Shown here: in pieces, positions 13,015-26,041 of the stretch
How the letters are laid out: the number at the start of each line of letters is the position of its first letter
Position numbering within the stretch: the stretch's first letter is position 1
NCBI RefSeq assembly: GCF_963921235.1
Contig: NC_086109.1
Span: 28,398,001 to 28,462,000, forward strand
Direction of reading: 5' to 3'
Length of the DNA stretch: 64,000 nucleotides
Source of the DNA: Mobula hypostoma
Lineage: Eukaryota
Position numbers and translations under genes: made by a program
The notes under the pieces: model-generated
Seen by the model: the letters and a program-made list of their open reading frames with translations, nothing else
What the model was told of the DNA's origin: nothing
Databases searched by the model: none

Positions 13015-14121
13015 CTATCGTGTCGTCGTCGTGGCTATCCCTCGAGGTTGAGAATGATGATCTTCGTTCTGTTGATCTGCTTATGGGCTCTCAAGTGACT
13101 TATGAATCCAATCTTGGCTTTGAAAGTTCTTCCACATTCAGGACAGGTAGTTCCAGATAGCAGATCGGGCTTTGGTTGTTGCTGCCTCTCTTTCCATCTT
13201 CTTCTCTTTTCTTCTAATTCTGCACATCTGTTGGCTTTGAAAGTTGCTGTTCCTTCTCAGATGACGGCTTGCCAGAGTTTCCTGTCCTTGATGTTGGTTT
13301 CCCGATTGTTGCTGTCGATGTTACATTTCTTCATGTTGGCTTTTAAGATGTCTTTGAATCTCTTTTGTTGTCCGCCTCTTTTACGTTTGCCTTCTTTAAG
13401 CTGGGAGCAGAAGATTTGTTTCGGCAGATGTTCCTCTTTCATCCGAACAACATGACCGCTCCATCTTAGTTGGTTCTTGATGACATAGGTTTCAATGCTT
13501 GTTGTTTCTGCTTCATTTAGCACACTGACGTTGGTTCTTCTATCTTCCCAGCTGATAATTAAGATGTTTCGAATACAGCGTTGATGGAACTTTTCAAGTG
13601 CCTTCAGATGTCGTTGGTATGTTGTCCAGGTTTCTGATGCATACAGGAGCATTGCGATTACCACTGCTTTGTACACTAACATTTTGGTGTCTGTTCAGAT
13701 GTCACGATCATGAAAGGTTCTTGTTTGGAGACATTCAAAAGCTGTTCCAGCACATTTAAGATGATGTTGGATCCCATCATTAAGGTTGTCACCTTGTCGC
13801 GGAGGAGAGGCTTGTGCGGTCCTGAGATCCCGAGAGCGATGCTGTCTGGAGCTATGCTCCATGGGAGTAAGGTCGAGGATGAGGTCCCTGACGAAGAAAA
13901 ATCCAACCAAGACCTTAACAGTGGAACAGGCAGACAAAGTTACTTTAAACTCAATGGCTGTGAAGGTGGATGAAGGCTACAACAAATCCATCAGCTCTAA
14001 TCATCGTGGTTTCCATGCCACTAGAATCAGTTGGTTGACTTATGAAGTATTGTGTGCTTCTTGGAGTGCAACATCAAGTACATGTTAAACAAATACACGC
14101 ACAGGCGTCTCCAATGTTGAC
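13015..14121 (-). mobile_element. RTE-clade LINE insertion: 3' part on minus (13015-13785), inverted 5' leader on plus (13784-14110)
   Basis: RTE C-terminus LVYKAVV..LLYASETWT..LRWSGHVVRM and C2H2 finger CPECGRTFKAKIGFISHLRAH; short (GAC)n tail; 10-bp TSD CTTCTTATAG at 13005-13014 and 14122-14131. Confidence 0.85.
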
Positions 14122-15689
14122 CTTCTTATAGTAAAATGACCCTAAATCCTGGTTAACTAATGGGATAGATCAGCAGCTTATCCAAGAAGGTTATCAGCCT
14201 GTCCTGAGATAAACAATGAGGCCCAAAAGCAAGTGTGCAATTCTTTCAAAGCAACTGAAGATCTGTCTCTAATTTAACCAGGATTCAGTGTTATATTAAT
14301 GTCAAAGGCACAAACTGGAAAGATGAAAAACATTCAGACGAAGACAAGAATCCCAGAAGGTATAAATGAACAGAACATTTTCTCCCACGAGAACAATATT
14401 CTCCCCGATTTCACCCTGTCAAGAGTCCCAGGATCTCACGTGCTGCAATCTAGGTGCCTTTCATTCTTCTGAACTCCAGAGGACACAAGCCAACTCTGTC
14501 TAGGCTACCCTCGGCAGACAACCAACATCGTATGTGGGTATGACGTCAATCGTAAAAGTTTTAGTCAAATTTCCACCCTGGCTCTTTGAATGATAATCTA
14601 GACCTAAAAGAGAATACTAAAAAAAAGCCACTTTGAGTAGAGTATATATTTATCTGAAATGTTAAATATCAAAAAGATATAAAAGGAAGGTACAAGAGAC
14701 TGCAGGTGCTGGAATCTGGAGCAAAACACGAACTGTTGAAGGAACTCAATGGGTCCAGCAGGATATTGACCCAAAATGTTGAGCCTCCCTTTGCCTCCAC
14801 AGGCTCTGCTTGGCCTGCTGACTTCCTCCAATGTTTTTTTTTTGCTAATTATTTGTCAAGATGTTTACGCTGAAATGGACCAGCATGTTTTTATCTGGAT
14901 AAGTCCACAGTGGCCTGTGCATTTGCAAGTACCCATGAGAATAACTTTGTATTTATAAAAAAAATTCCTCAGTTATTCTCAGTTGCACTTTTCTACAGAG
15001 GAAAGGTTGCAAATCCCATGCCAGCCACCCACCCAGATCATTGAAAAAATAACTTTAAAATGTGCAGGGACAGAGGAAATTAGACCACAGTGGATTGCTC
15101 CTACTTAAAAGGAAACAGTAGCACAGATGGATTGTGCTAAGTGAGTCCCAATGTTATACCATTTCTGCCATGCTTTCAGTCAGTGGGGAAATTGATTGAT
15201 CGTAAGGATGTTAAAACTTCTGAAAACTTGAAACATTTTGAAGAAATTTTCCCTTGTTGAGAAAGTCAATGGATAGTGGTTAACAACACAATTCTTTTTT
15301 TATATATTGATAAATGATCAACAATGCTAAAAAATAATCTAACAGGAGAGAGATAAAAAGAACATAATTGAGGCTTATATTGACTGAGACCAGTCTTGAA
15401 AATCTTCTTCAATGAATCATATCTATTAATAAAATGAAATTTGAGCGCAGTTCCAATAACTTGAATTGCTCCCCTTTCAACAGTTATTTGTGACAGTGCA
15501 ACCATTTTAAACTTAATCTGCCAGTCAGGGAACTGATATGATCACCTTCATACTGATTTTACATCCCACCTGAATTCATTCTGCGTTGAGAGTAAACTTG
15601 GCTGGGGTGAGGAAATAACATTCTATTGCTCTTATGCGTTTTCATCGATGAGTTAGATTATTAATATATTCAACATCTCTCTTCTTACT

Positions 15690-15960
15690 TGCATCATTAG
15701 TCATCCCTTGGAATCAACGATTCCATTGTGGTTTTATGGGTTCTGAAGTGACTGGCAAGCCTAATGGGAACCCACAAATTTTCCCACAGATGGGGTAGGA
15801 GTGCTTGAAGGAATGGGTAGATGGTGCACTGAAGCAGCTGCTGATGTTGGTCCTAATGTGAGGAGATTAGAGTCTCAGTCAACCCAGATGCTCTTCTCCA
15901 GTTCAATTGATCGTGGGGCAGAGATTCTCAGGAGTCAGTGCATATAACACACTTCTTCAA
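15690..15960 (-). mobile_element. Very old RTE-like 3' end
   Basis: Degenerate resemblance to RTE termini such as 13020-13150 (tccct..ga, tatggg..ct.aagtgact, ccaca). Confidence 0.4.
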
Positions 15961-18149
15961 TAGACTGTGTAATAAACATCTTTGCACCCATCACAATCAG
16001 AGCATCTGAAACATGAATATCATCTGAATTTTGCTTTGTAAGTGTAAAATATACAAATACTCCAGTATATGAACTACATTATTCTGTCATTTCATCATAC
16101 GATCCCATACTTCCAAACATTGTCTCCATTTTCAATCACATTTATGTTCCAGAAAGGTTAACTAGTCTTATCTGTCTCTCTCTCTCCCCTGTCATATTTA
16201 TTTTATTTAACTGTCCAGTTTTTTTTTCCCTTGCCTTGGATTCTTCACTCACCATGCTTTCAGCGGATTTTATTTTTGGTCACCCACATTACACAATGGT
16301 ACACCGCCAGCGTTGCACGCGGACTTTTCTTGCTGACGGGAACAAAAGCAATGCATATTGCATTGCATGAGGTCTTGTCACCTTGTTGCCTGTTGGCATG
16401 TTTGTGGTAATGCGAAGCTGGGTTGCCATGAATAACACACACAAGATAGAGAGGTGAGGGAAAAAACATAGCTGCTTATTTTCCTTGTAAATCATCTACC
16501 CACTGACGAGTGGACATCTTAGGACCTCCATAACTTCTGCCCAAGCTTGTGATGATGGTCATCATCACCCATTGTTCTTCGAGACAGACAACCATCATCG
16601 AATCAAACCAACCATCAACCCAGAATGCCTTCCCACATCACGTTCAGTAAATAAGACACAGGGGAGCTTAACAGCAACCCGTAAGGGTCAAAATATACAT
16701 GAATACATAACACTTTGAAAGTGAGTCTGTGGACTATGAACGAAGTTATCCATGCTGGTTCAGGAGCCTGTTGGTTGTAGGGTAAGATTTGTTCCTGAAC
16801 CTGGTGGTGTAGGATCTGAGGCGTCTGTGCATCCTGCTCAATGATAGTAGCGAGACGAGAGCATGGCCTGGGGGGAGAGACCTTGATGATGTAATCTGCT
16901 TTCTTGAGGCATTGTTCCATGTAAATGTATTCAATGGTGGAAGAGCTTCATCTGTGGTAGGCAAAATTTATCTTCCAAATGTTTAGTGTAAGTCTCATCC
17001 TCTTGTGTGTTTTAAGTAACGTGTCAGTTAATAATTGGAGGTTAGCATCCCAGTCAATGCAAATGGACACACCATTACCGCTGCTCTGTGACAGAGGAGG
17101 AAGTGGTCATAGTTCTGTTAGATGGGTCAAAGATTTTTTCATTGACCCTTTAGTTCCACACCAGTCACTAACTTGCTGGAGGTGAGGTGGAACATTGACA
17201 AGAATAATCAATAAAAGTGGCAGAGCAATTGCATAACTTTGTTTTACGCTGGTTTGCACTAAGAATGGCTCTTTCTACGGGGGCTACTAACAGCAACTGT
17301 ACTTTGTAATGGTTGGGATTTATATTTGGATCTACCAATGAAATAGTTCCTTCTTTCAAGATATTGTGTGATTAGATGCAATTCTAATTGGAAAGTCTCA
17401 GCATTGTCAACCCCAGATATCTGATACCAGAGAATTCGAATCCAAATATGCAGGCAGAAAATATATTAAACCCACTCAACATTCAATCTGAGTGTGCAAA
17501 CTCCTGATCTAATCATGAATTGTTTCTCAGTAATCTGCTCTAACACACAAAATGCAGTTCGTCTACTATCAAATATCATCAAAAGTTATAGGAAAATGAA
17601 CATTATATGCAAAACAAAATCAGCTTCAGACAAATGATTTGAATTTTCTCATGAATAATGATCTAAATTATTAAAAAGCCTATAAAACAAAAATGAACAA
17701 GATCACTATTCTAAAATTCCTGAATGTTGAGGTCTTGATCTGAGTATAATCTTTCCTTCAGTTTAGTATTCCTTAATGAATAATATATCCATCAGTATTC
17801 ATACCTACAATGACTCACCTGTTAAAATATTAGTACTGTTTTATGATGAAAGGTCATATTTTCAAAGCAATATTTAATTTTATTTGTTGTGGAGTAGGAC
17901 AATATTCTAAATAAAAGATTTTTTGTGAATACTCCAGGGAAGGATATTGAAGCTGGCTGACAGAAAACCCTGCACTTTTGTCACACACTGTTAGAAAAAA
18001 TTCAGCAGGCTCAGGTAAAGCAAAACTGACAGACATTAAATTCCCCTCAAGTTTGCCTGAATCATGTATCTTAGGACCATTTTCAGAAAAGCTTAATTTA
18101 TTTTCTCCACTCCACACAAAAGCCATCTGAACAAAAATGGAGCAGAAAA

Positions 18150-18363
18150 CACTCACAACACACTGGAGGAACTCAGCAGGTCGGGCAGCATCCGTGGAAA
18201 CGGTCAATCAACGTTTCAGGCCGGAACCCTTCGTCAGGATCCTTGTCATGGGTTCCGGCACGAGACGTTGACTGATCGTTTCCACGGATGCTGCCCGGCC
18301 TGCTGAGTTCCTCCAGCATGTTGTGAATGTTGCTTTGACCCCAGCATCTGCAGAGTATTTTGT
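18150..18363. mobile_element. Fold-back PLE-derived element with hammerhead core
   Basis: ~85-bp arms centred on AGGATCCT (18236-18243); core on minus at ~18205-18241; TSD GAGCAGAAAA at 18140-18149 and 18364-18373. Confidence 0.85.
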
Positions 18364-19229
18364 GAGCAGAAAATAGCAGCACCAAGTACTTTCAAAGATT
18401 GAAACCCAACCCAACCTATTAATGACTTCCAGTCAAGGTGGCACCTGTGTACAATGCTCCTTTGGTTGGCATCTTTTGGATAGATCATGAAATCATATAT
18501 TTCACTTATTTTATGTCTCTTATGTTTGTTTTCCATCTTGAATGAGATTCTGCAACAGGTGGAGCCTGTGCTTTGTAGTTTGGAGATTGTTTAGGTGTTT
18601 CAATGCTCTGTGGTCTCCGAGAGGGTTCCGGAAGGCATAGGCAGCATGCGCAATCCTCAAGACGAGAAGACAGTGGGGCATGAATCCGTGTTTGACTCCA
18701 TTTTGCCAATTAAAGCTTTGATTGCTTGCAGAAAAAAGTGACAAGGGAGATTGAAACATCAAGGCGAATGGGTGAGCACCAGCTGCCAGCCTTTTTATCT
18801 CTGGGGGATCACTCTGCTGCCAGGGAGGGGAGACTGCCTTTTGATCGCCGCTGAAATCACTCTGCTACGGAGAGGGAAACGCCTGCCGATGTGCCCAGAG
18901 AATGTTACCCAAGGGATTGTCTGACACCATTATCTGTTTCTTCTGTATATTTTTGAGGGATTCGAGGTGTAATAGAACAAGAATTAATAAGGTATCAAGT
19001 GTGATGCCTGTAGACCTAACATTATAATCATACAAATACGTGAATTAGAAAAAAAACACGGCATAATGCAGCACAGGCCCTTCAGTCCACCATGTCAATA
19101 GGATCAGAAGTAGTCCACTTGGCTCCTCGAGACTGTACCACCTTCAATATGATCTTGGCTGATCAAATTGCAACGTCAAGTCTGCAATCCTGACTACCTT
19201 ATTGTAGCAAATTGGTTGAGAAAAGGGCG

Positions 19230-20410
19230 GGACGGGCAGCTCAGCGCTCCAGGGTACTGATGCTTCAGATGTGACAGAGAGGGATGTAAAAAAAAAAGGT
19301 GGAGGAGATGCATTACTGATTAGAGAGAATGTTCCAGTTGGTACTAAGATAAAACATCTTGGAGGGCTCACCAGCAAGACCGTATGCTTAGAACTTACGA
19401 ATAAGAAAGGTCCAATCACTACTATATGGTTAAACTACAGGCCTCCCAATAACCAGCAAGAGCTAAAGCAACAGATATGTAGGCAGATCATGGAAAAATG
19501 TAGCAATGAACGGAGTTATTATGGTGGGTGATCTTAATTTTCCCAATATAGACTGGCATTCCCTAGGTACTACATACTTATTTAGGCTGGAATTTCTTAG
19601 GTGTTCCCAGTGAGTTTAATGAAACAATATGTAGATAATCCCTTTAGGAACAGGGTAGCACCAACCCAGTAAATGCGAATGAATCTAACCAGGTGATCAA
19701 AGTTACAGTGTGGGAGCATTTCGGGATCAGTCACCATAATTTGCTAAGTTTTGAGATAGTTCTAGACAGAGATCAAATTGTTCCTTGGGTAAGAGTCTTA
19801 GATTCAGGAAAGCTAAATGATATCTGTAAATCTGATTCAAAAAACTCTACATGCTGGAAATCTGCAACAAAACAAAAAATATAGAAGACACTGAGTAGAC
19901 CTGTCAGCTTCTGGAAGTTCTGAAGTAAGATCTATAACCTGTAACATTGACTCTATTTCTCTTACCACTGATACTGCCTGGACTGCTGAGTGTTTATAAA
20001 GTTTCCTAATTTCTGAAACCAAATGGTAAACACTTATTACACACCAGCATATTATTATGTTACTTAGGACTGAGTTATAGGGAAAGGTTGGACAGGTTAC
20101 AACTTTATTCCTTGGCGCGTAGGAAGCTGAAAGTTGAACTCATAGAGGTGTATAAAATCATGAGGAACATAGATAAGGTGAATGAACTGAGTCTTTTTCC
20201 CAGGGGTGGGGAATCAAGAAATAGAGGGCGTAGGTTTAAGGTGATGGGGGAAAGATTTAAACTTGTATGTGGAATGAGCTGCCAGAGGAAGTGAGTAAAG
20301 CAGGTACAATAATGCATTTGGAAAGATAGGTGGACTGGCACATGATTTAGAAAGGTTTAGGAGGAAATAGGCTAAGTGTTGCCATGTGGGACTAAATTGG
20401 ATGGGGCATA
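19230..20410 (+). mobile_element. Old CR1 pieces (endonuclease part, then 3' end) with a PLE fold-back between (~19838-20020)
   Basis: KGGGDALLIREN..YRPPN (ORF 19271-19531); LYSLARRKLKVELIEVYKIM (ORF 20088-20294). Confidence 0.75.
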
Positions 20411-20608
20411 TTGGTTCAAAGTTCAAAGAAAATTTAGTACCAAAGTATGTCACCACATACAACCCTGAGATTCCTTTCCTTGCAGGCAATCACAGTAAGT
20501 ACAAGAGACACAGCACAATCGGTGAAAGGCCACACCCAACAGGGCAGAAGACAACCCAAATGCAAAAAAAAAACAAAACTGTGGAAATACAAGTTAGAGG
20601 AAAAAAGA

Positions 20609-20644
20609 AATAATAACAACAACAACAACAATAATAATAAATAA
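20609..20644. repeat. (AAT/AAC)n microsatellite
   Basis: Read directly. Confidence 0.9.
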
Positions 20645-21227
20645 GCAATAAATATTGAAAACATGAGATGAAGAGTCCAGTTTTGGGGTGAGTGAAGTTG
20701 AGGGAAGTCCCTGTGGTTTAAGGCCTGATAGTTGAGGTATAATAACTGTTTCTGAACCTGGTTGTGTGGGTCATGAGTCTCTTGTACCTCCTGGAATATG
20801 GGGGTCTATGATGATGGATGCCACTTTCCTGTGACAGTGCTCCATGTAGCTGTGCTCACCCCCACTAGGGTGAAGAGCCTGTGTCCATGTTGTATAAATC
20901 TTTGATCTCTATAAATTATGTAAGTACTTTTGTATGAATTTTTTCATCTTCCTCTACAATTGGTTAATGTCTTCTATAACAGAAATCATTTTCTGCCCTA
21001 ATTAAATTTTTCAGCTTCAGTAAATCCTGTGTCATCTTTGCAACAGCTGGCTCACACTGCTTTGAGAATAATGGAACTCAGAGTATTACCATTCAATCCT
21101 CTAATGACGAAGACAAGATACCTGTGATTTTTGCACGTGCACATCTTTACAATTCTCAGAAAATTGTTTAAACTAATGCTTAATGTGATATAGTTTGATT
21201 TGGTTGTTATTGTTTTATTTCAGAAGT

Positions 21228-21510
21228 ATGGTATGGTGGTTGTCTCTCGAGAGACTAGACATTGTGCAGTCATCTGTGGATAGGCATGTGGCTTCAGAGG
21301 CCGAAGGCCGAAGCACACATGCGGTTGCAGGTTGGACATGGAATGGCGGTTGTTAGAACAGGTGCATACACAGCTTTGTGGCGTCGGACTCGTGCTGCTG
21401 CAAGGTGCTGATTTTGGTCATCCTCAAAGTCAGATGCAGCTTTTCTGGTCAGGACACGTCTCGCGGTCCTGTCGGCTGCCGACACCTCAAGTTGTCGAGG
21501 CTGGAGGTCT
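21228..21510 (-). mobile_element. RTE-clade 3' end
   Basis: AADRTARR..IPCPTCNRMCASAFGL*SH C2H2 finger; short ccatac repeat tail. Confidence 0.8.
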
Positions 21511-21607
21511 GCTCATTTGATGAAAGGGTAAAGTACCAATCAGCAACCTGTTGGATTACATCAGTTGATTCAACTTCCAAGTCATAAGTAAAAGCTAATC
21601 ATGTACA

Positions 21608-21830
21608 TGGTGGCTCAGTGATGCAATTAATGGAGTTGTTTCCTCAGATCTCCAGTGGTCTGGATTCAATATTAATCTCTCATTCCATCTGTGTCAAGGT
21701 TAGGCATTCTACCTATGGCCATATAGCTTTCTTCTGGATGTTCCCGTTTCCCCCTACATTCCAAAAGACATGCTGATTGGTAGGTTAATGTAAATTGCCC
21801 CCAATGTGCATCTAATTGTAGAATCTGGTG
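21608..21830 (+). mobile_element. Degenerate tRNA-derived V-SINE-like element
   Basis: tRNA-like head, then V-domain-like ggatgttcccgtttccccctacattccaaaagacatgc..ggtaggttaat..taaattgccc. Confidence 0.65.
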
Positions 21831-21869
21831 GGAACTAATCAGAAGAGGGAACTCAGTTGTAATCAACAA

Positions 21870-22680
21870 GCTCCAAAACCTAGGTTTCTGTACTTCCTTC
21901 TGCAAGTGGATCTTTGACTTCCTCACTGGAAGACCACAGTCAGAGCAGATCGGAAATAACACCTCCTCCTCACTGGTGTGTGCTTAGCCTACTACTTTAC
22001 TTTCTCTACACACATGACTAGTGGCTAGGCAAAGCTCAAATGCCATCTGTAAATTTGCCATTGTTGGCAGAATTTCAGATAGTTACAAGGAGGCCTACAG
22101 GAGCTAAATAGATCAGCTGGTTAAGTTTTGTCGTAACAACAAGCTTGCACTCAATGTCAAAATGACTAAGAAATTGATCGTGAACTTCAGGAGTGAGAAG
22201 TTGAGGAAACACACACCAATCAAGGAATCAGCAGTGGAAAGGGTGAGCAGTTTCACGTTCCTTGGTGTCAACATCTCTGAGGATCTATCCTGGGCCTAAC
22301 CTATTGATACAATTACAAAAAAGGCATGACAGTGGTTATAGTTCATTAGGAGTTTGAGGAGACTTGGCATGTCATGAAAGACTCATGCAAGTTTCTACAG
22401 ATGTACCTCAGAGAGCATTCTAACTGTTATATCACTGTCTGGTATTGAGGGGCAACTTAACAGGGTCAGAAAAATCTTCAGACAGTTACATATGGGCACT
22501 AGCCTCCCCAACGTCAAGGATACCTTCCAAATTTAATTTTATATATATATATTTCTTATGGGAATTCATAGCTTTATTATTATTGTGTACTGTATTGCAA
22601 TATACTGCTGCCGCAAAACAACAAATTTCAAGGCATACAAGAGTGATATTCAACCTGACTCTGATTCTGATTCTGAATGT
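21870..22680 (+). mobile_element. Degraded Rex1/Babar-type LINE RT-to-3' fragment
   Basis: WIFDFLT, NNKLALNVKMTKKLIVNFR and YRCT-type motifs; (ATTCTG)n tail at 22655-22677. Confidence 0.8.
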
Positions 22681-24261
22681 TTGGAGAACAAAATAGGATT
22701 TGTGTAGCATTAGTAAAAGTGAGCGCTTGATGGATGACATGAATTTGGGAGCCAAAAGACCTTTTTGCATGATATATAATTCTATGGTTCCACAACCACA
22801 TAAATCTTGAACTGAGCAATTTGCTGCAAAACCCCCTACCCTGCAGTTTCCTGTATTTTCCAGTGTGAGATTCTGACTTCTTCACCATGAATTAAGCTGT
22901 ATGAATTATGTGACTTATCCATATAATGAAAAGAAAATACTTGGGGAGTTTTTCTGTGGGAACAAACCCTTTGGAGTACGGCAGTGGACTATTTGTGTAA
23001 TCTTTGGAGAAGCAGCCAATGTTTCTGGCCATTTCATCCATTTCCTGAAGGATGTTTTCAGCTGAAGGAAAGATGGGAGACATGGAAACCCCTGGTGAAG
23101 ATCAGAACATTGCAAGGAATACAATGAAGCGGAGCAAATGGTATCAGCTTACAAATATGGAGTGTGAAATGAACATCACCTGGCAGACTATGATAGTGCC
23201 ATATCCTGTTCAGGGTACAGTACTGTCACATTCTATCAAGGAAAGTTGTTTTTCGGTCAGTTATAATACATATAGCCAATAGAAACATAGTACAGTGCAA
23301 TGTGACAGAAATCTATCATTTTTATGTCCTATAATATTGAGAAAATACAGATCTATTTGTTATGTCAGAAGTGTTGTTTCACACAGGAATGATCTTTTTT
23401 TATAAATGCTCAGGATCAAGGAAGTAAATAATTCTTGCTGTCTGCAGCAACTTAATAGCAAAGATTCAGCCCCCATTTGCAGCAGTATAATCTCAGGGGT
23501 TTTGTTTGTACAGCTTAGGATAGAACGTAAATCTTCCATTGGTCCAGTAAAATAGCTCATGGAATGCCAAGAGTTCAGCATTTCTGCATATCTGACTTTG
23601 ATAGTTCCATTCCTGTTGTAAGTCCTGTTTCATTATATGTTGACTCAAGATATAGCAGCACTGATAACTCTCTTTATTTATTGTGCTCCAGTGCATTAAC
23701 ATTTCCAAAATTTTACAGAAAAAGGTTAAAATTCTAAATCATTTTTGCATAGTGAACTTTAAGCCTAATCATTTCTCCATAGACAATGTTACTGTACAAA
23801 AACATGGTTAATGAAAATCTGCTGGCGATTAACAGTGGGTTGGAGGATGAACAATAATAATTACAGAAGGACTATAATTTGGAGTGCAGAATATACAACC
23901 TCATTACATACACATATTAATTAAGCATGGTTTTCCTTTCATTGATCCACACTCACTGTGCTCAATCCAATGACTCTTTTCTACTGCTTTTAGTGGAACG
24001 TAGACTGCATACTACCAATGGGAATCTCTGTGATGTTTTATGGATTCTTCTAATGATCACATGTTGTAAGGCAGATGCAATGGTTGCAGGCAGCTAGGAA
24101 GAGGGCATATTACCAGACTAATAACTGGTTTCCAGTTACAGGGGAGCAGTATGCTGTTGAAAGTATCTTGACTGGTTGCATCATGACCAGGTATGACAAT
24201 TTCAAGGTGGCATCAAAGATCCCCACCATTAGGGTTATGTTTTCTTTTCATTGTGGCTATT

Positions 24262-24495
24262 CCTCCCCCTCCTGTTTTCATCTATCACCTTGTGTTTCTT
24301 CCTCCCCTCCCTCCAACTTTTAAATCTACTCTTCATCTTCCTTTTCTCCAGTCCTACTGAAGGGACTCAGCCTGAAACGTTGACTGTAGTTTTTTCCATA
24401 GATGCTGCCTGGCCTGCTGAGTTCCTCCAGCATTTTGTGTGTGTTGCTTGCATTTCCAGCATCATCTGCAGATTTTCTCCTGTTTGTGATTGGAT
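24262..24495 (+). mobile_element. PLE terminal repeat with mutated hammerhead core
   Basis: cagtcCTACTGAagggactcagcctGAAAcgttgactg followed by atagatgctgcctggcctgctgagttcctccagc. Confidence 0.8.
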
Positions 24496-24503
24496 CACAC
24501 ATA

Positions 24504-24540
<37 letters not shown>
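24496..24540. repeat. (CA)n microsatellite
   Basis: Read directly. Confidence 0.95.
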
Positions 24541-24543
<3 letters not shown>

Positions 24544-26041
24544 TCTTGATGGGAATCTGATGAATAAATTAAATTTGGCTGGATTTTATTTGCATGCTGG
24601 CTGAAGAATCTGATCTCAAATTGCTCCCCATCTATTAAGAATTAATTTTTGATTCTTAATAAAAATACAGCTAAAATGATTTACATTTTATTTACTTGAT
24701 ATCTTTCTCTTTCCAAATTATCATTCATCTTTATGAAATTAAAAGAAGGTAAAAAGCTAAAAATTATCTGTAATTTGTAAACGTCTTTTGTTTCCATTTG
24801 TTCTCAGAAAAAATGCACTCTTTGTAAGTTTTCTCTGATTAAAAACTTTTTGCTGAAATCAAAGACCATCAGTCCTAATCTACACCAACAGTACCAGGAT
24901 GGGTCATGTCCAATCTTAAAGACAGAGTTTAAGATTTATAATTAATCACGTGAATAAAATGTATATATATTTACAGCCTGTTTAAAAATGCCATACTCCA
25001 TTATTTCACAGAAAATCTTATTGATCCCATCATGATTTCCTGAAGCATGTGTGCATTGTTTGAAGGTGGTGAAAGCGGCCTCACCAAAAGGAGAGATAAT
25101 TGGCCAATTTCCTTAAATAACCCATCACAGAACAGTCAGGGTGCTAGTTTTCCTTCAAAACTGGCATTTTCTAGGTTCTTAATGTATTTTTAGACAATTC
25201 AGTGAGCACTGTTCCTGCTATACCTGGTCCATTCCCAATTCTGTCAGCATAGCTCTGGCATCTACACTTGGAACTAAATGGTTGGTGTCAATCTATCAGG
25301 AACAAATTTTTTGTTCTTCTTTTATGCTTGTAACTTTAGAGGACTCCATATTCTGAATCTCCTCCCTGAACCATTGTGAGTTGTTTACCTCATTGATCAT
25401 TTGAAGATTTGTGTTCTTTTCCATGCGTTCACAAGACTTTGAAAAGTCCTTATAGCTGAAGATATTTCACTAACTTTTACAATTACAGCCCAATAGATAA
25501 TTATCAGTGATCAAAATGTGGTATTATACAGAAGAGATTAGAAAATGTATTCCAGCTTCATAAATTCATTAAACTTCTTTGATTCCTATCTGTCAGTAGA
25601 CTGAGTAATTTTGATGAAAGCTTCCAATTCCTCACTGGCATTCATGTTGATCATAACCATTTGACTAGCTGGTGCAAAACTTACATGGCTTGGAGAGAGT
25701 TCTATAGATCAGAGTACATCAGCAGAGCTATATCAGTTGAAGAGGAACTCACCCTTGAAGTTCCTGAACTTAATATCATTTCAGAGTAACATGGGAGGGA
25801 ATTTAAGTGACAGATATGAACATTGTTATCAATGACTAATAAGATCTGCTGACATGTGGAGATATAATTCATATTCAAATTTGTCAAATATTTTTTGAAT
25901 AAGTATAATCGTTTCATTGATTAGCATGAACTCAGTTGCTGAGGAGAAAAATGGAAGTGCCTTTCTCTGCAAACTCATCTCTGGATTTTTGCCAAAGAAG
26001 ACAAGTTCAAATGGCAGCACATGGCATCTCCTTACACCAGT

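Noticed and set aside
18150..18330. miRNA precursor
   Set aside because: The hairpin is explained by inverted PLE repeats with a TSD; there is no evidence of precise processing
22892..23708. Cluster of 60-75 aa ORFs in unique sequence (also 143-331, 25580-26040, 48981-49398, 57633-57815)
   Set aside because: No recognisable motif, no consistent frame or splice signals; possibly ancient decayed elements, but unsupported without a search
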